Shown in pieces: positions 17,676-30,456 of a stretch of DNA of 64,000 nt (position 1 is its first letter; every line of letters starts with the position of its first letter). Origin of the DNA: the human T2T-CHM13v2.0 reference genome, Homo sapiens; the NCBI RefSeq assembly GCF_009914755.1, contig NC_060929.1; one strand, 5' to 3'. The translations under genes and the position numbers were made by a program. The notes below the pieces were generated by a model. It had not been told where the DNA came from and made no database searches. It was given only the letters and a program-made list of their open reading frames with translations.

Positions 17676-18998
17676 CTAGTCTGTATCGACTTTGTAATGA
17701 GGTTCAAATCCCAGTTTTGGCCGGACACTGTATCCCTGAAGAACATCTGTGCCCTTGCCCACTCCTATTTGTTCTTTTCCATTTTCTCATCCTCACAACA
17801 TCGATTTCAACTCATACAGCCCAATGGGCATTTTAAAATGTCCAGGCAGCTCCTTTTGAGTTAAGATACACCTGAAGGAAGGGTTTTCTTCCATAAAGCC
17901 CCAACATCTCCAAATAAAGATTGCAATCTCATCAAAAAGACCCAAGAGAATACTTCAAAATGGACAACCAGCAACCAATGAATTCTGCCTAGCTAGAAGC
18001 TCCAGACTTTGAGGACTCGTGGATTTGTGATGATTTTTTTCTGTCTGTGATGAGGAATTGGGAAGACCAGACATTCATGGTGGGTAAAGGAAATGCCAGA
18101 GAGGAAGCTCCAGGATTACCAGTAAGTGCCTCTTGAAAAGGGCCAGTTTTGGAAAGGTAGGATTTGCTAGTGCCTGGCTATGGTAATGGGTTTGCAGGAA
18201 ATGACTGATGCAAAGCAGGGTTAACCTGAAGTAAATTTACCCCTCAGCAGGCCTCCTTTCCTTAACTCCGCCCCCACATATTTTAATCAAGAGGCAAACC
18301 CCCAGGCTGGGATTAGACAGGGACTACATTTTAATCACTAAACTTCTTCATAACAATAGGCCTCACTTAATGGTCCTAACTTCCTGGAAGATTTTGAAAG
18401 CAGAACTAGGGGGAAAAAAATCTCTGAATCCTTTGGGATTTAATGGAGTAAAGGTGCAAGTCCAAGTAGCTCTCTAGAAAGGGGAGACTCCAGCTACCCT
18501 GTGCAGGGCTTGAGGGGTGAGTTCCATCTTAAATATTACATTTGAAAAACAGCAAACATCTAAAAAGAGTTTCCCTAATAAAATTATTCACTCTCTTCTA
18601 CATCTGGTGAAAGGTGCTTCTTCTAGTCTTGTCTCTCTGCCTTGTGAATGTTAGCAATTGTGACGATTTGGTGAATCTATTGCCCTTTAAGACAGGTCTT
18701 CCTCTAATGGAAGAGAAGAAAAACCAGGGTTTTAATCAGAGCACGGATGGGGGCCTGTTTCTGCTGATAGATATCTTGGAATACGGAAGAATGTTGCCGC
18801 CTGGGGGTTGCTCCCGTGGTATCTGTGTCACATTTGGATGTTTGGGTTTTTTGGTTTGTTTGGTTGGTTGTTTTGTTTTGTTTTGCTTTGCTTTGTTTTT
18901 GGCTCATGGAGATTGGGTAATTCTTGGAAGGTCTTCAGGCTGATTTTGCTGTGGTTGGTGTTACTGCTCGTTCTGCCAGGTACTAGAAAAAAGACTAG

Positions 18999-19385
<387 letters not shown>

Positions 19386-20395
19386 CAAAAACTTCTCTTC
19401 AACCCAAGAAATGCTGTCACTGCCTTGTCAAGAAAGCAAGGGATACATCTTGTTTCAGCTTTGTTCCCACTCCTCAACTTGTCCTGACTTGGAACTCTCT
19501 CCTCAGTCTTTTTTCTGACCTCTTGCCGTGGGTAAACAGCAATCTGGGCCCCCTTGCTGGTCCCCTCACAGGACTTGTCTTGTTCCCGCCATTTCTTCCG
19601 CCTGGCACGCCTCTCCCTAGCTACTCCTAACTGCAGAAAAACCTTCCTCATCTTTAGAGTTCTTTCTGAAATGCTGCCTCTTCCATGAAACCCTCCCTTT
19701 TCCCCCACAACTGGAATGAATTCATGTCTGTCCTGTCCGCTGAGGGATTTTATGTTTTCATCTCTCTCATGAGGTCTTCCTCTGACACGTATTTCATTGC
19801 TCATGTTTTCCCTACCATAATGTAAGATCCTCGAGGACTGCCACGATTTTGCCCCACCTTCTGTATCCCACCTTCCCTCCAGTGCCTTCAAACATAGTGG
19901 GAATCTGTAGAATTCTGAGAGTAGTATTTTCATCCGGACTGTTAGTCCCAGCAGAGCAGAATTGTGTAGCGCTTAAGTTCCCAGGCTTTAAGTGCAAGCG
20001 GACTAGGGTAGAATCTTGGTCCAACCACTTAACCAGCTCCTGACCTTGGCAGTTGCTAATTCTCTGAGAATCTCAATTCCTTCATTGGGAAAGTGGGAAT
20101 AATAAAACTTAGTAACAGTGGGATTGTTGTGACAAGTAAATGAGGCAAATATAAAACACTTGGCATGGTGCCTGACACATAAGTCTTTTCAAAAAGACTT
20201 AATAAGTGGTGGCTCTTTTATTATTATTACTATTACCATTAGCCATAAACTTCTGTGCAGAAACCAAAATATTCTTACCACATGTTAATCTATTTAAATA
20301 AATTAAGAGTGATTGCTCTGGAGAGAGGAATTCATGAGCCCTACCAATTCTATCTTTTTCCAAAGACTCTTCTATAAAGAGCAATCACTTTCTAA

Positions 20396-20998
20396 CAGTG
20401 CTGACCAATAGAAATATAATGTGTTATATACATATTTAGAATTTTCTACTAGTTACATTAAAATAAGCAAAAATAAGCAAGTGAAATTAATTTTTTTCTT
20501 TGTCACCCTGGCTGGAGTGTAGTGGCACGAACACAGCTCTCTGCAGCCTTGACCTCCCGGGCTCAAGTGATCTTCCCATCTCAGGCTTCCAAGTAGTTGG
20601 GACTATAGGTGTCCGCCATCATGCCCAGCTAATTTTTGTATTTTTTATAGAGACTGGGACTGGGTTTTGCCTTGTTGCCCTGGCTGATCTCAAACTCCTG
20701 CACTCAAGCAGTCCGCCAACCTTGGCCTTCCAAAGTGCTGGGATTACAAGGGTGAGCCATGGTGCCCAACCAAAATTAATTTCAATATATATTATTTAAC
20801 TCAATATATCCAAAATATTACCATTACAACATGAAGTCAATATAAGTATTAATGAGATATTTTACATTTTGGGGGTACTAAGTTTTCAAAATCTAATGTA
20901 TACATAACACATAAAACAGCGCATCTCAAATCCTACTAACTCTATTCAAGTGCTCAATGGTTACATGTGGCTAGTGATTACCATATTGGGCAGCACAG
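20396..20998. mobile_element. MER33-like hAT-Charlie non-autonomous element split by an AluJ
   Basis: Termini CAGTGCTGACCAATAGAAATATAATG ... ACATGTGGCTAGTGATTACCATATTGGGCAGCACAG form imperfect TIRs. Confidence 0.75.
20491..20771 (-). mobile_element. AluJ
   Basis: GCAGCCTTGACCTCCCGGGCTCAAGTGATC is J-type; TSD AAATTAATTT. Confidence 0.88.
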
Positions 20999-21340
20999 AT
21001 CTATAACACAGAATTTGAAAACCTCTCCCTCATAAATGAATACTATCATTCCCGGCTTTCACAGAATGTAGTTGGTACTACAAGACAATGTGTTTCTCTG
21101 AAAATGGTTAGGACTGGGAGTGCCAATTCTAGACTCTGGTCTGGACTCTGCCATTTACTTGGATAACTTTGGGTAAACCATTAAATTTGGCAGTTTTATT
21201 TCCCGCATTTGTCCTGGGGCTTAGCTAGGTCACAAGGCACAAAAAATAGGACTGCTCTCTTCAACTCAGTCTGTCTCATTGCCACCTACGTCCCTAGGAA
21301 TAGGCCTAAGACCTGAGACAGAAACCCCTACACATCGTAG

Positions 21341-21630
<290 letters not shown>

Positions 21631-21670
21631 CTGTGGTTGAACTTTTAAAACAAGCCATGTTTTGAAGAAG

Positions 21671-21831
21671 ATTTATTTATTTATTTATTTGAGACGGAGT
21701 TTCGCTCTCGTCACCCAGGCTGGATGGAGTGCAGTGGCGCTATCTAGGCTCACCGCAACCTCCGACTCCTGGGTTGAAGCAATTCTCCTGCTTCAGCCTC
21801 CCGAGTAGCTAGGATTACAGGCATGCACCAC
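21671..21831 (-). mobile_element. Alu right arm only, (TTTA)n tail
   Basis: GAGACGGAGTTTCGCTCTCGTCACCCAGGC...ACAGGCATGCACCAC. Confidence 0.88.
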
Positions 21832-24800
21832 TATTTATTAATTGAGGTATCATGAATACTGTGGAGTTCTTGGAGTTTAACTCATGCTTTTCGTTTTTCC
21901 CCCAGAGGTTATTCCAGTTTATGGGAATTTCATTCTTAGAATTTGAGTACTTTGAGTTACCCAATCCAGTCATTTCCAAATCTTGCCCCAACAACTTGGA
22001 ATACACTCAGGGTCCAGATGCTGGTGGTTGGGGTTAGGGAAGAGAGAGGAGGAGGGGAAGCTAGAGGAAGGGTGAATCAGTGGCTCTGCCTCCCGACTCT
22101 TCAGGTTTAGAGCTGATGTGTCATGTTGCTTGTTTCATCATGAGATTTGATTGGAACAAAGGGTTAAAAAAAATTGAAACCCAGACCTCACCTCACTCTT
22201 CAGTTTGGAGGAGAGGACCTCCTACAATACTGTATTTGCCCAACCTTGCACCACTCAGGTCTCCTGACCCCCAGTCTCCATGCATTTTTCTCTAATGTCA
22301 CATGACCTATCCTGATTTCACCTGTTGATTATTAAGCGATTTTGAAAAATCTACTGCATGTCAGCAAACAACTGAGGCCTGGGGTAGGAGTCAACTAGTC
22401 ATCCTGCGTTAATTCTATTTCAAGCAAGTGTGATCCATCCTTCCTGGGGAGGCAGTGGGATGAGGAAGGAGGCTTGCATTTGCTTCTTCTATGACTCAAA
22501 AATGAACTGCCTCATAAGGCAATGGGAATTCCCTGCCTGGCCAAGGAAAAGGGGATTGTTAAGCATTCTGAAGGCTTTCTTCCCTGGTCTTTCAGCTTAG
22601 AATCAATCCATAGGCACGACATTCACAGAAGATAGAATTTGACTCAGGAGCACAGCCCAAATCTTGAATGTAGGTTTTAACGCTTAAACTAACTTTATTC
22701 TAACCTTACCCCCAGATTACTATGATTGCATCCAATGTCCAAAAGTTATTTCAGCCACTAAGGTTGATTTGTGCTCAAGGCCCAGTTTCCACCGTTCACC
22801 CTGTTTTCTCAACCCAAAACTGCATTTTCTGTTGCTTTAAAAATTTGCATATTTTCTCAGTGCCTGTTTCTGACTTACAATAAACAATACCCAGACCTCC
22901 TGCCAAAAAAATGTCCAAATGCGAAATAGTTGCTATAATAGTCGTTTCTGTGATGGCAACTTTGAGCTGTGTGCTTTTAAATTATAATTACTTTTTTCCT
23001 TACAAAAGATGTGTATCTGTCTTGATTGCTGTAATTATGATTCTATACCAGCAAACAGTTATAAAAGATTCATGTCATCACTGTGCTTCATAAAACCCAT
23101 GCCCCTCAATAAGCTTCCTTTGGTACTGTATTATGTTTGTGTTTAATTTGTGGCAGGGAAATCCTAATGAGAAGCCATTAATCACTGAGTGTATATAAAA
23201 ATTTGTGTCCTTAACTAAACAGACCAAAGTGGATATGGCAAGCCCGTTATTGGCATGACATGATTTAGAATCAGGAAAGCGATTTGAGAAAAACAATCTA
23301 GTCTAACCTAGTTTTACGGATGACATTCAGAACTGGGAAAGGAGAGCATGTGGCTTAGTGACTGCACACATAATGGGACCAGGAGCCCAGAGATCCAGGT
23401 TTGAAACCTGAACTTGGCACTAAGGAATTATGGCACAAACTGACTTGACTTCCTCATTCATCCTCGCTTCCCAACTGTGATGTGTAGAATCCACACATTA
23501 AGGAGGTGCCTCACCCAGGGAGCTACCTGGGGGCAAGAAAAGGGGGACACTGAGGTAGGCTCTGAATCCCACCCACCCCCCATTCAATTAGAGCAGCCAC
23601 ACTTGGATTTATTTTACATTGTAATGATTGAAGAAGGAACTCATTGGCTTTTTTTTTTCCTTTTAAGTTTGATGTTTACTGACTTCCTTTCTCCAAGTCT
23701 TAGAATTGGAAATGGACTGATGAACCCTCTTGTGTTTGTGACTGTGTTGCATCTGTTTATTGGTGCAGCAACTCTTTTCTGAGCACCTTCCGTTCTGGTT
23801 CCTAAGTATGCAGTAGTTATCCATACAGGCCCTGCCCTCAAAGACCCTGCAGTCTAGACAGGGAGAATTGCAGCACAAAGTGGTAATGACTCTGGAGATT
23901 TAAACCCAGGGGGCCTTGGGAGCACATAGGAAAGGCAACCAAGCCCGTTGGATTTGGGGAGTGGGAGGAGATTAGAGTTGACTCCCCAGAAGAAATAACA
24001 GATTGTAGGCCTTCCTTTTAATGTTCTTTCCTTTCTTTTCTATCTGTCTTTAAAAAAACTCCTGGGGGCTTCTTTTGGGAAAAGATGAGAAATCAACATG
24101 AAGAACTCTTGTCTTAGCGCTGACTATGATCCCCAGCATATTACTCAATCCCTACTGATCTCCAACATCTGGGTCTACAGGACCAGTAATAATAGAGTAG
24201 AATAGACCTCAAAGTATTATCACGAAGATTAAATTAGATAATGTGTGTAGAAGTACTTAAAAAACTATAAAGCCCTGTAAACATGTCTGCTGAAGGCTTC
24301 AATTCCAATCAACCTACATAATCTTTTCCAGCTAAACGGATATTCTTGGTTCTACAAAGTCTTGACTCATGTTGAGCAACTGGGGAAAATGTCACTTTTC
24401 AATATAAATAATAATTGATAACAATAACATGTGTGAAGCCTTCATTAAAAAGCAGACCCTCTTTAGCTTTAGAATGGAGAAAACATGTTGTTTTTTAAGG
24501 CATCATTATGTCCACCTGTTGGATCACTTGTGAGAAAAATAACAGTTGGTGTAATTTCTTGCCACGTGGGAATCTATTTGGGGGGGTTCCTCTTGCTGGT
24601 CTTCACCTTTGTGTTGGTGTTCCCTAGGCTTCTGCCCTTGCTCAGTCCTCTTCTGAAACCCCATCAGAGGTCAAAACAGAAGAACTTGCTAGAGCCACAT
24701 GCTGATAACTAACTTGAGTGAAGTGAGCAGGACAAGTGGGCTGGAGAGTGCACACTCCACCTACAGGAGGCAGCCTTGGCTCAGTGTCAGCCGACCCCTT

Positions 24801-27800
24801 CAAGGGCCTTAATATTCTCAAATGGTCAGTATTTTTCAGTGTGAATGTGAACTCACCTAGTTTGTAAATGCTCCTCCTGCCCCTTGACTTCCTAACCCAA
24901 GTCTTAGTCACTTCAAGGCTTTGCATTTTACCTAAAACGAAAATTACTTCCCTGCTTAAATCCTGTGGCTGGCTCCCCATTGACTAGGAGTGGAGTTCAA
25001 GTTGTAAATTCGGCCCCTACTGGCCTGTTCTCCAGCAGGAACCACTACTGGCTCCCTGCCATGCCACACGATGGCTGCTATGGGCAGGCACCTGCTAGAA
25101 ACAGTGTACACAATGTGGATCCAGGCACAGCCCCTTCTCTTAAGTTGCTACCAGTCTTTTTGACATACTAACTGGTAAATAGGCCTCAGCACACAGCGAT
25201 CTCATAACCTTCTGTTGGGCCCTGTCCTGGCCCACTGCTTAATAATTACGATGCGTTTATGGACTCCTTGAGGAAAGAAACTGGTATTTGGAACACAGTG
25301 GTTGCTCAATGTTTGTTGAAAGAATAAATGAATGTGATAAAGTTAATTTTAGTTCACCTCTCTGTAGTTGGATGTTTTTAGGTTTCATATGACTATAACT
25401 TTAAAATAAAACCTAGTTATTTAAAAATTCAACTAACCAGACTTCACCACAGGTTTTTTTGTTGTTCTGCTTTTTACATTCATATTTAAGAAGAAAAAAA
25501 AATCAAAACAAAATGGAAGACAACTACCACAAGTTCTTCTACACCTACTGCCTCTAACACATCCACTGTTACACTCTGGGGTTAAGTCAGGTCCTGTTCA
25601 TTGTCTTAGCATTCTACAATTTCCAAATTCTAGGAGGAGAATTGACATTCATGATGATCCTAAAATGCAAGCTATTTAAACAAGGAATGATTTTAAAACC
25701 ATCATTAAATTAAAAATCAACTTGGAAAATATTGAAAAAAGATTAAAAGGTTTTCTAATCCATTTTGTTGCTCAAAAAAAAATCCAATTAACCAAAATTT
25801 CCTAATTTTGAATGGTGAAGTTTGACTGGCCTGTACCATGCTAAGATCAGCACGTGCTTATTACCGTAATCTCTTGTTCTTCAAACCAATAAATGCTCCC
25901 TTTAAGGACAGGTTGGATTTGGTTATTTCTTGTTATACTGACATTTTTTCCCAAAGAAAGAATTTACTGATAACATACTTCATCACACAATGTTCACAGA
26001 AAGATCTTGACAGATTTTTTCAGCAGGAACAGCATTTGCTGCTGGTGTTTGTGTTTTTTTCATTTGATAATACTAACATTAATATGATCCCCCAGCTTCT
26101 GTGTCTCCCACCCTGAGTAGCTTTAAATGAAATACAGCATACAGAGACTTGTTCATAATTTCTTGATCTTTCATTTATTTAGTGTTTCTAGAAGGAAAAA
26201 AAAAGATGTTTTAAAGCTCAAGGGACTTAACTATAAAGTAGAGGGGAAAAGGTAGAAATACGCGTTGAGGAAACCCAGGAGGCCCCCAGGCATGACTTTT
26301 GCTATAGCTTTCCAGAAAGAGAAAGTGGTGCTTAAAGAAGTAATTCCCAATGTTTCCCTCCAGACTAAAATTGGATGAACTCTGAACTGAGACTCTTTGC
26401 ATCTCATTTTCTCATTAGGTTTTATTACAGCCAACAAAACTTTCAGTGGTGAATTACTTCCCTTCTCAACAGAATACCAGACTCCCATAATGTCTACACA
26501 AACTGAAATAATGAAATGGTTTTTAACCAAGCTTTAGGGATTAGAGAGGAAAAAAAAAGTGAAAAAGAAAGGGCACCAGGGTCTTCCCATCTCTATGCTA
26601 ACCAAAGTGTGGTTTTCCAGCCCTTTTTCTTGCCTATTAACAAAAATAAAAACAAAAAATGGAAATGCCACTGGGCTTGAAACCCCATTTAAAATCAGAT
26701 TTCTCTTTCGAGTTCCCTTGCAATACAAGTCAAAGTCATTTCCACCAAAAAAAAAAAGCGGTGGGGGGGGGTGTGCAAATTAATCCTAAACTCATGGCTC
26801 AGATAGGACCTGGTATAGTAAATAAATGCTTTTAAAAGTAGTCATGGCATTGAGAAATGGCTCCATGCACCTAAACCAGAGGCACCAATGTAAAAACTAG
26901 TAATTGTGTTTTAACACAAAAGATTGAAAAGCGTTTTGTTTCACATCCTAATATTATTCCACCCACTTAAAAAGAGTTACTTAATATTGACTCTGTATTA
27001 GGTATAAGACAAGTTCTTGCCCTCAAAGAACTTATAATTTAGTTGAGAAACCAAAACTTAACATGAGCTTAAAAAGAAGGATGCAGTACAAAACATGGTA
27101 TAATTAAGTGTTAAACAATGTAGTATAGATGCTCAGTGACCTAGGAGATCAGAGGAAGGGAAGGGTCACTGAGGGCTGGGAATGTCAAAAGCATGTACTT
27201 TCAGTAAGTTCTTAAAATGATAGCATGTTAGAAAGCTGTTATAATTGCTGCTGATTTGTAATTTTAAAGCATTGACATGATTCACCATTGCTTTCCAACC
27301 AGTAGCTGTTTAAAAGGACATACAGTTGAGGGTGAAAGGAGATATTTCTTTATGATCTCCAGAGATTTGTATTGAGGGGAAAAAAGACATACTTTCTTGT
27401 TGAATAATAGACCAAGAATTGAGCATATTTTGCATGGGGAATATTAAATTCAGTGAACAAGAATCCAAACCTCAGGCTGTGATTCTGGTATAAATTTTTG
27501 TTTCTAATGAACCATTTTCTTCCTTCTAAAGAAGATTTAAGTTTTGGGAATAAGTCACCTCAAAAAAATTTTTTTTTATTTTCTAATATCTATTTTCACT
27601 ATTTATTTTTCTTTTAAGAAAAGTGGACTAGAAGCGCAAGTTACCTTCTCAAGGCAATGAGAATTTTTTAGCTCTAAAAAAGTTGTGTGTGGTAGGGAGA
27701 ACATTTAGCATCCTTTAAAATGGAGACATCTGAACAGCAACCTATCTTTTGAATCACCAAATCTCAAGTGTACTTTGCACTCTTGGTCTTAAAATGCTTT

Positions 27801-28279
27801 TCATTTTCTAGTTTGGCAAAAATTCCAGTCTCTTTACATTTGCTACCTTTTCCGTCTTTGCAACACAGGCAGTGTGAGCTAAATTAGGTTTGTTAAAATG
27901 AAGTTTTGAAGTTTAAACTGCTGAAATAGAGGCATGTCCCTAACTTTAGACAAATTTAGAGAATCGTAGTAAGCATTATTTTTTTTCTACATACTTGTCT
28001 GCATTCAGTGTCTTCCCAAGAAACGTCAGTTAATTCCCCGATTCGAAAAAGGAACTTTCTCGTAACAGTTGTACAACCAGGCTAAAGAGCACACCCTCGT
28101 CTTCCCTGAAAGGGAGGAAACATGCAATAATGTGAGGTAATTAAATTTAGCCTTAGAAAAGTCTTTGAAACGTTCTAATCAAGACTTTCAGCTTTCCGAT
28201 TGTGTGCGCTTTATTTTTCAATTCTTCCTAGTCCCGGTTTTGCATTTCTAATGACAGTGAACTGACAAAGCGTGAAAGT

Positions 28280-28470
28280 GGTCTAAGGAGCAAAACAAAG
28301 CCAGCAAGCCTGCTTCTGGTGTGCCAAGATTAATCAATATTCCAGAAACCTCGGGGTTTCCCCCTCCTCCCTGTGCGGTTTCCATTCCCCACTCCTCCTT
28401 TCCCGGGCACAGACTCCTCCCCTTTTCTTAAGTTGCCCTGATAGTAACTTGCAGTTTCAGAGCACATGCA
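28280..28470 (+). promoter_or_regulatory. SLC1A3: SLC1A3 proximal/core promoter (TATA-less)
   Basis: Lies directly upstream of exon 1. Canonical kB site GGGGTTTCCC at 28353-28362, Sp/KLF-type CTCCTCCC boxes (~28364, ~28414), and E-box CACATG at 28463-28468. This agrees with the reported Sp1/USF/NF-kB control of EAAT1. Confidence 0.75.
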
Positions 28471-28588
28471 CACTGTCAGGGCTAGCCTGCCTGCTTACGC
28501 GCGCTGCGGATTGTTGCTCCGTTGTACCTGCTGGGGAATTCACCTCGTTACTGCTTGATATCTTCCACCCCTTACAAAATCAGAAAAG
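28441..28588 (+). other. SLC1A3: SLC1A3 exon 1 (non-coding 5'UTR; start approximate)
   Basis: Ends at the consensus donor AAG|GTAAGT (intron starts 28589); matches my recollection of the EAAT1 mRNA leader, which joins to TTGTGTTTTCTAATACC at 30181. Confidence 0.85.
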
Positions 28589-30180
28589 GTAAGTGTCACA
28601 TTCTGTGTTCCTGCTGGGTTTAATTTCTCCTTTCACTTCTCTGCCGATGTATTTTGCCTTCCAAGCAGAGGAGTAGCCTGAATCAAGGCTAGCCATTTTG
28701 GTAGATAAAGTCCTTGTTAGTCATCTCACGTCGTGAGAGTGTGGTGTCTGTTTATGCCGGGTCCGCTGTTAATTCGGAGTTGAGTCATTCGGGGTGGATT
28801 GGGGGCAGATTGTGGCGCGAGATCTAGAAAAGGATCAAGGTTGAGCGGATCTGCTTAAAAGTGACTGGTAAGAGGAATCAGAGCTATTAGTTTAAAAAAA
28901 AAAAAATCTGGTCTCTCCTATTTCCCGGTCTTCACTTCTCCCTAAGCATTTAATCCAGTGTGAAGTCTTAAACAAATTAGAAGTCTTAGTATCACTGACC
29001 CCAACTTGCAATTTTATTTAAAAGGCAAACTGTTAAGACAAGTCTTTTTTTTTCCTGCACTGGGATTGCGAGAAGTCATTTGCGAGGAGTCCTTTGGTTT
29101 CCAGTTACCTCCCCCACAGGCGCACACGCTGGCTGCTTGCGTTGGCAGCGACACACATCCATGGTACGGCTGGTTTTCACTCGGATTGATTATGGGAAGG
29201 GCTATGGATTAGAGCTCCTGTAAAGCACCAGGAGGAATCCCTTGATTTTTCAGAACAGCTGATTTCCACCAGGAAAGAGATTTACTGAAATGTAGTTAAA
29301 TAGCGTGAGTGCTTTAAAGAAACCAGAAACCACAAGCTGTAATGTTTGGAATGAAAATTGGTTTCATCTCATCTGTTCTAGAAATCCTAAATTTTAAAAT
29401 GCTAAAAAGTCAGCGATAGTTTCCTCGGAAGATTCCAGCATGTGTGTCACAAAGAAAAACACTACTTCATACTTCTACTTGTGATAAACGAAGCTGAATT
29501 GTGATTTCAGATGATTTATAGATGTGCCCAGAGCACTTTGTTTATTTCATGGAAAAAAAATGAAAAAATTACCCTGTAAAATAGTCACATGTATTTCCCA
29601 TGTACTGTGGGCACTTGTGTTCTTTTTATGACCATATTTACTAGTAGATATTATTATATTTTTTTCTTAATGAAGAAAATAGCTGGTTACTTTACTGCAT
29701 GTAACAGAGACAACTCCCACCTATCAGTATCTTAATTATTTTTATTGACCTGGTTATGCTTTCAACCATGTATACAGCATAATTTGTCAAGTAATGATTG
29801 AATACTTTCTGTGCATTCAGTTCAATTGGACATTTACTGATTGTGTACGTTGTGCAAGGCATCAGCTGGGTTCTGCGGGGGAGGGTGGGAATAGGGGTTC
29901 TCAGTCAGATCTAGCTCTGAAGAACCCTTTTATAGCCTCATTGGAAGGGGAAGGACGGATTTTTAAAAAGAAAATAGAATATATTCCGAATTTATGCACA
30001 TTTCTCACACGTGGTCCACTAAAATATGCACACTGCAACCTTGAGGTCTGGTATTGTGGCTCTCCAGTCCTTGATTCCTGCTGAGATTATGCAATTTGCC
30101 AAGAGCTTGCCTGGTGTGGAGCAGCACTGATTTCTCACCCCTGGAGGCTATAACTCATGTCTCTTTTTCTCCCATTCTAG

Positions 30181-30275
30181 TTGTGTTTTCTAATACCAAA
30201 GAGGAGGTTTGGCTTTCTGTGGGTGATTCCCAGACACTGAAGTGCAAAGAAGAGACCCTCCTAGAAAAGTAAAAT
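30181..30275 (+). other. SLC1A3: SLC1A3 exon 2, 5'UTR part
   Basis: Pyrimidine tract and acceptor CTCTTTTTCTCCCATTCTAG| ending at 30180. Confidence 0.9.
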
Positions 30276-30456
30276 ATGACTAAAAGCAATGGAGAAGAGC
30301 CCAAGATGGGGGGCAGGATGGAGAGATTCCAGCAGGGAGTCCGTAAACGCACACTTTTGGCCAAGAAGAAAGTGCAGAACATTACAAAGGAGGATGTTAA
30401 AAGTTACCTGTTTCGGAATGCTTTTGTGCTGCTCACAGTCACCGCTGTCATTGTGG
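30276..30456 (+). CDS. SLC1A3: Excitatory amino acid transporter 1 (EAAT1/GLAST), first coding exon (exon 2), aa 1-60
   Basis: [60 protein letters not shown] is the human EAAT1 N-terminus; phase-1 donor G|GTGAGT at 30457. Confidence 0.99.

Noticed and set aside
27930-27939. p53 half-site AGGCATGTCC (another, GAACATGTCC, near 31603)
   Set aside because: These are single decamers with no adjacent second half-site.
28432-28448. RFX X-box-like GTTGCC...AGTAAC at the TSS
   Set aside because: The 5-bp spacer is longer than the usual X-box spacing.
28490-29170. Possible CpG island at the promoter
   Set aside because: CpGs are only scattered and the GC content looks too low by eye for a classical island.
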